A stretch of 26,478 nucleotides of DNA from Candidatus Micrarchaeota archaeon (GTDB lineage: Archaea; Micrarchaeota; Micrarchaeia; Anstonellales; Bilamarchaeaceae): assembly GCA_043816005.1 (NCBI GenBank), contig JBDRIM010000080.1, positions 1 to 26,478 of the forward strand, in the 5' to 3' direction. Position numbers and translations under genes: made by a program. The first letter of the stretch is position 1. Each line of letters begins with the position of its first letter. Under the pieces are notes generated by a model, which saw nothing but the letters and a program-made list of their open reading frames with translations, had not been told where the DNA came from and made no database searches. Below are positions 1 to 8,477 of this stretch, piece by piece.

Positions 1-13
1 CTCAGCGGCCCCA
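1..13 (+). tRNA. 3' end of a tRNA (probably tRNA-Pro), truncated by the window edge
   Basis: CTCAG-CGGCCCC-A reads as the T-stem 3' strand, the acceptor 3' strand (complement of GGGGCCG, typical of archaeal tRNA-Pro) and discriminator A. tRNA-Pro commonly lies upstream of rps2 in archaea. Only 13 nt are visible. Confidence 0.45.
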
Positions 14-47
14 GTTACTTTTTGGAAAAAAAGAACAAACAGGAGGA

Positions 48-722
48 ATGAATATGACAACTGATAAAACTGGAATGCCTGTAAAACAGGAAGTATTTCT
101 TGAGGCCGGTGTCCACATCGGAACCAAGATAAGAACAAACGATATGAGAGAATATATCTTCAAAAGAAGAGATGATGGCCTCTACATACTTGACTTGAGA
201 AAAAGTGCAGAACGACTTGTAAGCGCAGCAAAAATGATAGCAAAACACAACCCAGAAGATGTTTGGATAGTTGCATCGCGTGTTTATTCTAGCAACCCTG
301 CAAGCAAATTTGCTGAATTAACTGGAATTAATTTAGTAAGAGGAAGATTTGTACCTGGTACCATGACAAATATGAAAGTCAAGGGATTTATGGAACCAAA
401 AATAGTTATGGTGTGCGATCCTAAAGGAGAACACGAAGCACTTATCGAGAGTGCCAAAAACGGAGTGCCTGTTATAGCATTATGTGATACGGACAATGAA
501 ACAAAATTCATAGACTTAATCATACCTATAAACAATAAAGGAAAAAGATCATTGGCACTGGTATTCTACATCCTCGCAAGAGAGATTATGATGGCACACG
601 GCAAAATAAAATCATATGATGAATTTACATATGACATAAGCTATTTTGAACAAATGATGGTTGAAGAGGCCCCAAAACAACCAGAACAAGTTGAAGAAAT
701 TAAAGTTGAAAAAACTGAATAA
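48..722 (+). CDS. rps2: 30S ribosomal protein S2 (uS2), archaeal type
   Basis: FLEAGVHIGT, GRFVPGTMTN, DPKGEHEALIE and IPINNKGKRSL motifs. RBS AGGAGG at 41-46, so the ATG at 54 is an alternative start. Confidence 0.97.
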   Translation: MNMTTDKTGMPVKQEVFLEAGVHIGTKIRTNDMREYIFKRRDDGLYILDLRKSAERLVSAAKMIAKHNPEDVWIVASRVYSSNPASKFAELTGINLVRGRFVPGTMTNMKVKGFMEPKIVMVCDPKGEHEALIESAKNGVPVIALCDTDNETKFIDLIIPINNKGKRSLALVFYILAREIMMAHGKIKSYDEFTYDISYFEQMMVEEAPKQPEQVEEIKVEKTE

Positions 723-725
723 CTT

Positions 726-2012
726 TTAGTTTGTTTTTGATTGATTTACTTCGTAGGCTATTTTGCATGTTTCCCTTGCATAGCCTATTTCAATCATATC
801 GCAGATAGAAACATCATTAGCAAGCTTAGCTGCCTCATTGTAACATTTGTTAGACCAATCTATCATTGCAACATCACCACAATTGTGCCAATCAAGATTA
901 GTGGCATTGTAAATTATTGCACCTTGATAGCAAACTTTCTTAGCTGATATATCTTCTATGACATTGCATGCAGCAGGGTCACCATATTTTAATGCAAAAT
1001 CAAATGCACATGTAAATCTGCTACTGGTAGCTAACGTATGAATTTCACTGCAGCCATCTAGATCACCAGTTGCAAGTGCGTGAATACTATAGCAATTCCA
1101 TCTTTGATTGAGAGATAGTGCATCACATATTTCAAGATTATTTTGAATTATTGCAAAATAAGAATAACAATCAAGAGCATATGGACTTTCGAGATTATCT
1201 ATTTGAGTACATGAATAATAGTCATTTTTGTATATACTAAAAAGCTGATAGCAATAATCTCGTTCAGAATCTTTTGAAAATGCTGCACATAGGTCATTTG
1301 ATGTTAGAACTGAAGTACATGCTTTTGAGATAACTTCTATTGAAATAGAATTGCAAGTAGTAGCATCATTTTTTGTTAAACTGTAATTCAACAAACAATC
1401 ATCAGAATCACACCTCGATGAATCATTTGTTTTAAGGGCAAAACAATAATCAGGATTTGGTTCAGAATAACATGAATCGACTTGTACTTTACAATCCAAT
1501 TGTCCTTCTGTTAAAAGAAGATCGCACAGAAGGGCATTTTTATTTGCTATTGCAAAATCAGTAACACATATTTTTTTCTTTTCCCCATCATCAAGGAGTT
1601 TGCATGCATCAATAGAACTATTTGAGAAATGTTCAAAACACAGTTGACTCAACGTGATATTCATAAGAGATAAACACGGAATGTGGCTATCACCTGCAAT
1701 TGTCTGTTCATATAAACATTCTTCAGTGCAATTAACAGGAACCACAATAGTTCCATTTGTTAGATTTGCAACTGGTTGAGTTGTATTGTTTGGAATAATT
1801 GGGACAACAGATGAATTTTGACTGAGAATAAAAATGAGAACTGCTCCAAATACCAACACCATAATTAGAAGAAAACTGATTATAACAACATTATGGTGGG
1901 AATCATCAGTTTTTTTGTAACGATATTTTTTCGGCGCTGGATTTGAAATTGCAATTGGTAATAGAGGATCATCATCTTTTTTCTTAAAGCGATATGTATT
2001 GATCTTTGCCAT
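726..2012 (-). CDS. Membrane-anchored cysteine-rich repeat surface protein
   Basis: Basic N-terminus, one TM helix (VVIISFLLIMVLVFGAVLIFIL) and N-x-T/S sequons, followed by about 10 imperfect 26-27 aa repeats of the form C..I........CY...A....D...C. Confidence 0.85.
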   Translation of the reverse strand: MAKINTYRFKKKDDDPLLPIAISNPAPKKYRYKKTDDSHHNVVIISFLLIMVLVFGAVLIFILSQNSSVVPIIPNNTTQPVANLTNGTIVVPVNCTEECLYEQTIAGDSHIPCLSLMNITLSQLCFEHFSNSSIDACKLLDDGEKKKICVTDFAIANKNALLCDLLLTEGQLDCKVQVDSCYSEPNPDYCFALKTNDSSRCDSDDCLLNYSLTKNDATTCNSISIEVISKACTSVLTSNDLCAAFSKDSERDYCYQLFSIYKNDYYSCTQIDNLESPYALDCYSYFAIIQNNLEICDALSLNQRWNCYSIHALATGDLDGCSEIHTLATSSRFTCAFDFALKYGDPAACNVIEDISAKKVCYQGAIIYNATNLDWHNCGDVAMIDWSNKCYNEAAKLANDVSICDMIEIGYARETCKIAYEVNQSKTN

Positions 2013-2327
2013 ATAACTATCACGAAGAGAAGATTTAAAAACGAAATTTTATTAGTGTATAAAAAGAGGAGATTGAAAAATGATGAATCGCTTGACTGTC
2101 TCCCTATTGTTTAACGTTTCGAACAATGAGGCAACATGAACGTAACGCCGTTCAAGGACAACCTTGTTCTTTTTATTTGATTGGAAAAAACGTGATTTTG
2201 TGATTTTAACTCTTAGAGGAAAAAATTCAGCTATATAAAGTTTTTTAGTACAAATGAATTCCTCCAATTGGAGATTAAAGAGTGGGAGGCGAGATGGAGC
2301 CTTTTGGTGTACCATCTCCCTTCTTTT

Positions 2328-2370
2328 GTACCTTTTTGGAAAAAGGTACCCAAAAACTTAGTTGTTAAAA
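2328..2370 (+). repeat. Dispersed palindromic repeat, copy A
   Basis: GTACCTTTTT-GG-AAAAAGGTAC followed by CCAAAAACTTAGTTGTTAAAA. The tail recurs at 2400-2420 with one mismatch. Confidence 0.8.
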
Positions 2371-2443
2371 CGCGGCAAAAACTGGCTTATTAATTGGAAC
2401 CAAAAACTTAGTCGTTAAAAACTAATTTTAGTATGTGATTAAC

Positions 2444-2929
2444 ATGGATAAATTATATGAAAAATCCGAAACTGGATGTTGTTTAAAATTTGATCCGGCA
2501 CCATGGGATGAAAAAGAAAAAACCTTCAAGAATAAATTATTCCTTAAAGACAAAGTCATTTGTTTATTTCATATACCTTTGAATTTTGGACAAGTTATGG
2601 TGAAGAACATAAAGAAGATAATGGATGCTGGTGCAGTTACTGAAGAACCTTTGATGTTAACTACTTGCGATTCTCTATGGACTATGGATGTAAATATTGC
2701 AGTTAAAAAAGTGGTTCCAAATGCTGAAATGACAAAAATATCAGGAACTTTTCTAACAAAAGTATTTGAAGGACATTACAAAGATTCAGGAAAATGGACT
2801 GAAGAAATGAAAAAATTCGTCGAATCAAAAAATAAAGAAATGAAAAAAACATATTTCTTTTATACAACTTGTCCGAAATGCGCAGAACATTATGGAAAAA
2901 ATTACACTGTAATTCTGGTAAACGTGTAG
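2444..2929 (+). CDS. Conserved hypothetical protein (GyrI-like/'hydrolase' family with ETGCC and YTTCPKC motifs)
   Basis: ETGCCxxFDPxxWD N-terminus, FLTKVFEGxY and FFYTTCPKCAxxYGKNY C-terminus. ATG at 2444 follows GTGA. Confidence 0.8.
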   Translation: MDKLYEKSETGCCLKFDPAPWDEKEKTFKNKLFLKDKVICLFHIPLNFGQVMVKNIKKIMDAGAVTEEPLMLTTCDSLWTMDVNIAVKKVVPNAEMTKISGTFLTKVFEGHYKDSGKWTEEMKKFVESKNKEMKKTYFFYTTCPKCAEHYGKNYTVILVNV

Positions 2930-3048
2930 AAAAAACGAGAGTGGTTTAATAGTAAGCTTTAAAAACATCTTGGAATAAATTCAGTTTTACCTTTTTCTAT
3001 TAAAGGTTGGCTATTATTAAAATAAAAAAAATAAAAGGAGCTGAATTT

Positions 3049-4323
3049 ATGGCAAAGAAAGAACACCTAAACTTAGTGTTTATAGGGCATGTCGACTCTG
3101 GTAAGTCGACTACAGTAGGTAGAATTCTCTACGAAACAGGAGCAATATCTGAGCAGGTGCTCAATAAGCTCAAGGATGAAGCGGCTAAGGTTGGTAAAGC
3201 AACTTTCGAATTTGCATTCGTCATGGATGCTTTGAAGGAAGAAAGAGAACGTGGTGTTACCATCGACATTTCCCACAGGGAATTCGAAACACCAAAGTAT
3301 TATTGTACAATTATCGATGCGCCAGGTCACAGAGACTTTGTTAAGAACATGATTACAGGTGCAAGCCAAGCTGATGCTGCTGTTTTGCAGGTTTCAGTTA
3401 AGGATGGAGTTCAACCACAGACAAAAGAACATGCATTCCTTGCTAAAGTACTTGGTATCAACCAATTTGCAGTCAACATGAACAAGATGGATGCAGTTGG
3501 CTACAAGAAAGAAGAATTTGATAAGGTTAAAGTCGAAGTTGAAAAACTTCTGAAAGGTATTGGTTACAAGATTGAAAATGTTAAATTTGTCCCATGTTCT
3601 GGGTATGCAGGTGACAACTTAACAAAGAAATCAACAAACATGCCATGGTACACTGGCCCAACATTACTTGAAGTTGTTGATAGTTTTGTAGTACCAGCAA
3701 AACCACTTGACAAAGCATTGAGACTTCCAATTCAAGATGTTTTCACCATCACTGGTCACGGTACAGTGCCAGTAGGAAGAGTTGAAACTGGTAAAATGAA
3801 ACCAGGAGACAGTGTCATTGTTATGCCAGCAGGTGTTAAGGGTGAAGTTAAGAAAATAGAAATGCATCACCAAGAACTCACTGAAGCAGTACCTGGAGAC
3901 AATGTTGGTTTCAACCTCAAGGGTGTGGACAAGAAAGATATTAAGAGGGGCGATGTTATCGGTCCTTCTTCAAACCCACCAAAAGTTGCTGAATCGTTTA
4001 CTGCACAAATAGTTGTCTTAAACCATCCAACAGCAATTACAATTGGATATACACCCGTATTCCACATACACACAGCGCAGTTTGCTGGTAAGGTTATTGA
4101 GATCGTAGAAAAGAAAGATCCAAAAACCGGACAGACTGCTCAAACAAAACCAGACTTCATTAAGACTGGTGATGTTGCAATTGTAAGAATCCAACCATTG
4201 AAACCAGTAGTAATTGAAAAGTTTGCTGACTTCCCACCACTCGGTAGATTTGCATTAAGAGATATGGGACAGACAGTAGCAGCAGGCGTTGTTTTGGACG
4301 TTGTTCCAAAAGTAATTTCTTAA
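3049..4323 (+). CDS. tuf: Translation elongation factor EF-1alpha
   Basis: [30 protein letters not shown] and [21 protein letters not shown] precedes the ATG at 3049 (the ORF-track start at 3007 is too far upstream). Confidence 0.98.
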   Translation: MAKKEHLNLVFIGHVDSGKSTTVGRILYETGAISEQVLNKLKDEAAKVGKATFEFAFVMDALKEERERGVTIDISHREFETPKYYCTIIDAPGHRDFVKNMITGASQADAAVLQVSVKDGVQPQTKEHAFLAKVLGINQFAVNMNKMDAVGYKKEEFDKVKVEVEKLLKGIGYKIENVKFVPCSGYAGDNLTKKSTNMPWYTGPTLLEVVDSFVVPAKPLDKALRLPIQDVFTITGHGTVPVGRVETGKMKPGDSVIVMPAGVKGEVKKIEMHHQELTEAVPGDNVGFNLKGVDKKDIKRGDVIGPSSNPPKVAESFTAQIVVLNHPTAITIGYTPVFHIHTAQFAGKVIEIVEKKDPKTGQTAQTKPDFIKTGDVAIVRIQPLKPVVIEKFADFPPLGRFALRDMGQTVAAGVVLDVVPKVIS

Positions 4324-4399
4324 TTTTTTTATTTCTTAATTTTCTTATTTTCAGAATTAAAACATCCTTTTATATACTTTTTTAGAGTAACTCACGTCT

Positions 4400-5702
4400 A
4401 TGATTACTGATATTAATACTATTCTTACTGGCAAATTAGAAGGAAACGAGGTCACTCTCAAGGGATGGATATATAGACACAGAATTGGAAGCGCTGGCGG
4501 AATGGTATTTGCAGTGCTTAGAGATTCTACTGGAGTGCTCCAAACAACAGTAAAAAAAGATAGGATTGATGAGAATAGTTGGAAAGATGCAAACGAAGCT
4601 TATATTGAAAGTTCTGTAATTGTAACTGGTACAGTAAAAAAGGATGATCGTGCACCAGGAGGATATGAGCTTGAAGTGAATAAATTTGATACAGTTACAC
4701 GTGGTGAACCATTCCCAATTGCAAAAAGATCTTTCAGAGGAATTTTTGCTAGATGTCCGTCATCTTTGGATTAGAAGTCAAAAGATTACGAAAATACTGC
4801 AGATAAGGAGTACACTAATTACTGCTATTCACGAATTTTTTCAAAAACAAGGATACACATTATTTGATCCACCAATATTATCACCAAATGCATGTGAAGG
4901 TAAAATGACACTTTTCGAGGTTCAATACTTTGAAGAAAAGATGTATTTGACACAAAGCTGGCAACTTTATGCAGAAGCAGCAGTATTTGCACTTGGAAAA
5001 ATATATGACGTTGCACCCACATTTAGAGCAGAAAGAAGTAAGACATCAAGACATTTGGCTGAATTCTGGATGGCAGAAATGGAAGCTCCTTGGATGGAAC
5101 TTGATGAGGTTGTGCAGGTTGCAAAAGATGAGATGAAGTTTTTGGTTGAAAAAATACTTGAAAAACATGAAAATGATCTTAAGTTCTTGGGACGTGATGT
5201 GGATAAATTAAAAGCTGCAGTTGCAAAGCCATTCCCAACAATAACTTACAGTGAAGTTGTAAAAATATTAAAAGAAGACGGGATTGATCATAAGTGGGGA
5301 GATGACCTTAGAACAATGGAAGAAGAAAAAATTATGACTCATTTTGATACTCCAGTAGTTGTAACTCATTATCCATCTGATATTATGGCATTTTACAAGC
5401 CACGTGATAAAAAAGATCCAAAAACTGCATTGTGCTTTGATATGCTTGCACCAGAAGGATATGGTGAAATTGTAGGCGGGTCACAAAGAAGCGTGGATGT
5501 AAAAGACATGGCTGAAAGAATAAAAAAGGAAGGCGGAGACCCGAAAGATTACGACTGGTATTTTGATCTAAGAAAATATGGAAGTGTCCCTCATAGTGGA
5601 TATGGTGTAGGGGTTGAACGAGTTTTACGATGGGTATGTGGATTAGAAAATATCAAAGATGCGATTGCATTTCCACGCACTATGAATCGCAATAAGCCGT
5701 AA
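4400..5702 (+). CDS. asnS: Asparagine--tRNA ligase, interrupted by a one-base frameshift at 4723-4727
   Basis: OB-fold anticodon domain (GWIYRHR..FAVLRDSTG) in ORF 4400-4774. Catalytic domain in ORF 4686-5702 (YLTQSWQLY, FRAERSKTSRHLAEFW, GEIVGGSQR, YGSVPHSGYGVGVER). Removing one A from GCAAAAAGAT gives a continuous 433-aa protein (..GEPFPIAKDLSEEFLLDVRHLW..). Confidence 0.93.
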
Positions 5703-5743
5703 TTGGTGTGTGGAAAGTTTTGAACGAGTCTACGAGTTCAAAC

Positions 5744-5773
5744 CCTAGGACAATGAATCGAAATAAACCATAA
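5744..5773 (+). repeat. Synonymously recoded duplicate of the last 10 codons of asnS
   Basis: CCT AGG ACA ATG AAT CGA AAT AAA CCA TAA = PRTMNRNKP*, the same peptide as 5673-5702 (CCA CGC ACT ATG AAT CGC AAT AAG CCG TAA). Confidence 0.9.
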
Positions 5774-5825
5774 CGGAAATTTATACATACCATAGGATTT
5801 TAAAGAAATTCAAAGATATTTGCAC

Positions 5826-6239
5826 ATGTACCATTATCGATTTATCGCAATTGGCTTATTGCTTCTATTTTTTGGATGTTTACAGAATGAGGTTACATTA
5901 GTAGAACAGACAAAAACTATCCCTGAAAATGAAATCCTTTCATGGTGGTTTGATGCTGTTAAAGGTAATACAATAGTAATAAATGCAACAGTTACTAATG
6001 GTGGACCGATTGATATTTTTTTCGTCGATGAAAATGGATATGTAGGATATGTCAATAAATTAAACGGCGGTGTACAAGGCTTTACTAGTATCGCACACGA
6101 TGTAGGGATAACAAAATATACAAGGGAAATTATTATTGACAAACCAGGAAAGTACTACGTAGTAGTAGATAATACTGCCGTAGAAGGTACCAGTCCAACT
6201 GGCAGTGTGATAATAAAAATAAAAATTACGAAAAAGTAG
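5826..6239 (+). CDS. Secreted/lipoprotein-like protein with a beta-sandwich (GOLD-like) domain
   Basis: Hydrophobic signal ending LLLFFGC (lipobox-like); beta-rich sequence with GGPIDIFFVD and PGKYYVVVDN. A TTG start at 5820 is an alternative. Confidence 0.7.
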   Translation: MYHYRFIAIGLLLLFFGCLQNEVTLVEQTKTIPENEILSWWFDAVKGNTIVINATVTNGGPIDIFFVDENGYVGYVNKLNGGVQGFTSIAHDVGITKYTREIIIDKPGKYYVVVDNTAVEGTSPTGSVIIKIKITKK

Positions 6240-6241
6240 AA

Positions 6242-6595
6242 TTAGTAGTCGTTTTCTCTTCTTCGACCTCTTCCGCCACCAAAGCCGCCACCAAAGCCAC
6301 CTCTACCGCCACCACCACGTGGTCTAAACGGTCTTTCGCTGCGTTCACCCATTGGACGTGCTTCGCTTACAGTTATCTGTCGGCCTTCAATTTCCTTACC
6401 ATTCATCTCCGATATTGCTTTGAGTGCAACTTCATCATCAGTGATAGTAACAAAACCAAAGCCTCGTGAACGCCCACTTGCCTTATCAATGATAAGAGTA
6501 ACTTCAGTAACCTCACCCAAATGAGCAAAAAGATCTTTCAATTGCTCTTGAGTTACACTAAACGCCAAATTCCCTACATACAATTTCTTACTCAT
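6242..6595 (-). CDS. RRM-domain RNA-binding protein with Gly/Arg-rich tail
   Basis: RNP2 LYVGNL and RNP1 RGFGFV; tail RGGGGRGGFGGGFGGGRGRRR. Confidence 0.93.
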   Translation of the reverse strand: MSKKLYVGNLAFSVTQEQLKDLFAHLGEVTEVTLIIDKASGRSRGFGFVTITDDEVALKAISEMNGKEIEGRQITVSEARPMGERSERPFRPRGGGGRGGFGGGFGGGRGRRRENDY

Positions 6596-6682
6596 TTTTT
6601 CTACCCCATACAAAATTTCTAGTTTTTATTAAGGAAAAATGCTTATACATTTTTCCACTTCATATTTTTTGTTTAAAAAATA

Positions 6683-7141
6683 TTATTCGTCTGACGCATA
6701 AAGATATTGTTCATTAAGACTATAATCAAACAATTCACTTGGTTGGAAAAATCTTGGGATTTCCTTTGCAGCAGTTTCTTTTGAATCTGAAGCATGAATG
6801 ACATTTCTCGAAGTGCTATTGGAAAGGTCTCCCCTTATGGTACCGCCTGCTGCTTTTGAAGCATTAGTTGGACCAACAATAGTCCTTGTAACCTCAACTG
6901 CGTCTTTTCCTTCGATGGCAACTGCAACTATAGGGTTTCCTGTGATAAATTTTTCTAAATCAGGATAAAATGGTTTACTGACTAAATGGGCATAATGTTC
7001 ATGGGCTAATTCTTTGGTCATTTTAATCATTTTCATACCCACAATTTTGAATCCCTTTCTTTCAAACCTGCTTAGAATTTCACCTATGAAACCACGCTGA
7101 ACTGCATCAGGTTTTAGAAGAAGAAGCGTTTGCTCTTTCAT
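6683..7141 (-). CDS. ndk: Nucleoside diphosphate kinase
   Basis: TLLLLKPDAVQR, GTIRGD and NVIHASDS (catalytic His). Confidence 0.97.
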   Translation of the reverse strand: MKEQTLLLLKPDAVQRGFIGEILSRFERKGFKIVGMKMIKMTKELAHEHYAHLVSKPFYPDLEKFITGNPIVAVAIEGKDAVEVTRTIVGPTNASKAAGGTIRGDLSNSTSRNVIHASDSKETAAKEIPRFFQPSELFDYSLNEQYLYASDE

Positions 7142-7145
7142 CTTA

Positions 7146-7343
7146 TCACTTCTTTTTAGTTTGACGACCAGTAAACTTTCTAGCTGCAGGAGTCCATTTT
7201 TGTCTCCTTCCTTCTCTTTTAAGTCCTAGCGTATTTTTTCTGCATTTGCTTGAACAGAAATTGTACAGCGTTCCATCTTTCTTGACGTATGTTATACCTG
7301 TACCTTTGTTAATTGGACTATCACAAAAAGAACAATTTGGCAT
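7146..7343 (-). CDS. rpl24e: 50S ribosomal protein L24e
   Basis: CSFC...GTG..YVKKDG..FCSSKC...KWT; position in the conserved operon. Confidence 0.95.
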   Translation of the reverse strand: MPNCSFCDSPINKGTGITYVKKDGTLYNFCSSKCRKNTLGLKREGRRQKWTPAARKFTGRQTKKK

Positions 7344-7347
7344 TAGT

Positions 7348-7554
7348 TCACCTTGATTTTATTTCCTTTGCTTCTCTGTCAGTTTCAAGTAAGACAACAA
7401 TCATACCTTTTTTGACAGGGCCCTTAATATTTCTAAGTATAACTCTGCCTGAATCAGGGCCTTCAAGTACCTTACAAAGAACTTGGTAAATTTCCCCGTA
7501 AACGCCAGTCTTGGCACGTATTTCTACAATCTCTGCTGGATATCCGTCTGCCAT
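7348..7554 (-). CDS. rps28e: 30S ribosomal protein S28e
   Basis: [31 protein letters not shown]...[11 protein letters not shown] at 7554 follows GTGA. Confidence 0.95.
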   Translation of the reverse strand: MADGYPAEIVEIRAKTGVYGEIYQVLCKVLEGPDSGRVILRNIKGPVKKGMIVVLLETDREAKEIKSR

Positions 7555-7559
7555 CAGAA

Positions 7560-7922
7560 TCACTTTTGCGGTTTAGGCAATTTTTTTATAATGTCTTGAA
7601 GCTTTTCTGTTGCTCCACCTGCATTTTCAACTGCAACTGCAGATGTACCAACTTCAATTCCAACTGCAATTCCAAGATCTTTTTTTGTTGGTAGGAATGC
7701 ATATGGAATGTTATGTTCTTTACAGAGCATTGGTAAGTGAATTACTACTTCTTCAGGAGTTACGTCACCAGCTACAACTACAAATTGAGCTGTTTTTCGC
7801 TCTATCGATTTTGTCGTCTCATTAACTCCCTTTTTAATTTTGCCTCCATCTTTAGCAACTGAAAGCATTTCCACAATTTGCGGTACCAGTTCTGCTGGTA
7901 TTTCTAAATCTATATAACTCAT
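7560..7922 (-). CDS. rpl7ae: 50S ribosomal protein L7Ae
   Basis: [36 protein letters not shown] and KDLGIAVG. Confidence 0.96.
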   Translation of the reverse strand: MSYIDLEIPAELVPQIVEMLSVAKDGGKIKKGVNETTKSIERKTAQFVVVAGDVTPEEVVIHLPMLCKEHNIPYAFLPTKKDLGIAVGIEVGTSAVAVENAGGATEKLQDIIKKLPKPQK

Positions 7923-7928
7923 ATTGAC

Positions 7929-7944
7929 ACCTCATTTCATCGGT
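7929..7944 (-). promoter_or_regulatory. K-loop (L7Ae-binding motif) in the rpl7ae 5' UTR, overlapping the RBS
   Basis: Minus strand ACC-GAU-GA-AAU-GA-GGU: C-stem, 3-nt bulge ending in U and tandem sheared G.A pairs. Overlaps GAGGTG. TATA box TTATAAAT at about 7981-7988. Confidence 0.7.
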
Positions 7945-8001
7945 TTAAGAAAATTTAGTAAGATTAAATTGGATAGAGGGATTTATAATGGTTGTGACGA
8001 G

Positions 8002-8391
8002 CTAGATAACTGAACAACTTACAGAACGTACCCCCTTGTATCTTTTTAATACACTGAAAAGTTCGCGTATTCTTTTTGCATCAGCACATAAAATCAAAAC
8101 TTCTAAGCATATCCCGACATGATGCTGATGGATGACTGTTTTAATACTGTCTTCAAAACCATGAAGAAGATCAGAGATATTATGTTTTTCAGATTCTTTA
8201 TAAGTAACAACAAAAACACTGTCAATATGCCCTTTCAGGGACTCCATTATTCGATATTCGTTAATTAATGAATGGAGAGTTGTACGAAGTAGTTTTGATC
8301 TGCTTTTGAAACCAAGAGTCTCTTGAACTTGGTTTAATTCTTTTAATGTTTCATTATCCAAGGAGATACTTATAATTTCCAAATACACCAC
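8002..8391 (-). CDS. nikR: NikR-family nickel-responsive regulator (RHH + ACT-like)
   Basis: RHH IISISLD..SRSKLLR; metal site H..HQH..C (LLHGFEDSIKTVIHQHHVGICLE). A TTG start at 8382 is possible. Confidence 0.85.
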   Translation of the reverse strand: MVYLEIISISLDNETLKELNQVQETLGFKSRSKLLRTTLHSLINEYRIMESLKGHIDSVFVVTYKESEKHNISDLLHGFEDSIKTVIHQHHVGICLEVLILCADAKRIRELFSVLKRYKGVRSVSCSVI

Positions 8392-8425
8392 CCGATTATT
8401 AAGTTCTACTAGAAAGTAGACTATA

Positions 8426-8456
8426 GTTAATAACTTTCATAAGAATGTTTATTAAC
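8426..8456. promoter_or_regulatory. Candidate NikR operator
   Basis: Perfect dyad GTTAATAA-N15-TTATTAAC between the divergent nikR and ZIP genes. Long-spacer dyads are typical of tetrameric NikR. Confidence 0.55.
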
Positions 8457-8477
8457 ACCATCACACCCAAGAAAACT

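Noticed and set aside
2080..2140. ATGATGA as a box C/D sRNA or hammerhead core; also a 19-aa ORF after GAGGAG
   Set aside because: No CTGA D box at the proper spacing and no CTGANGA/GAAA core. The short ORF cannot be supported from sequence alone.
2052..2315. 87-aa minus-strand ORF
   Set aside because: Runs through hairpins and a TATA-like box, with no recognisable RBS or protein features.
2350..2420. Direct repeats 50 nt apart as a mini-CRISPR
   Set aside because: Only two 21-nt copies, no cas genes, and the sequence matches the tail of the dispersed repeat family.
4314..4352. ATTTCTTAATTT repeats after tuf as another duplication cassette
   Set aside because: Low-complexity T-rich tract, best explained as an archaeal terminator.
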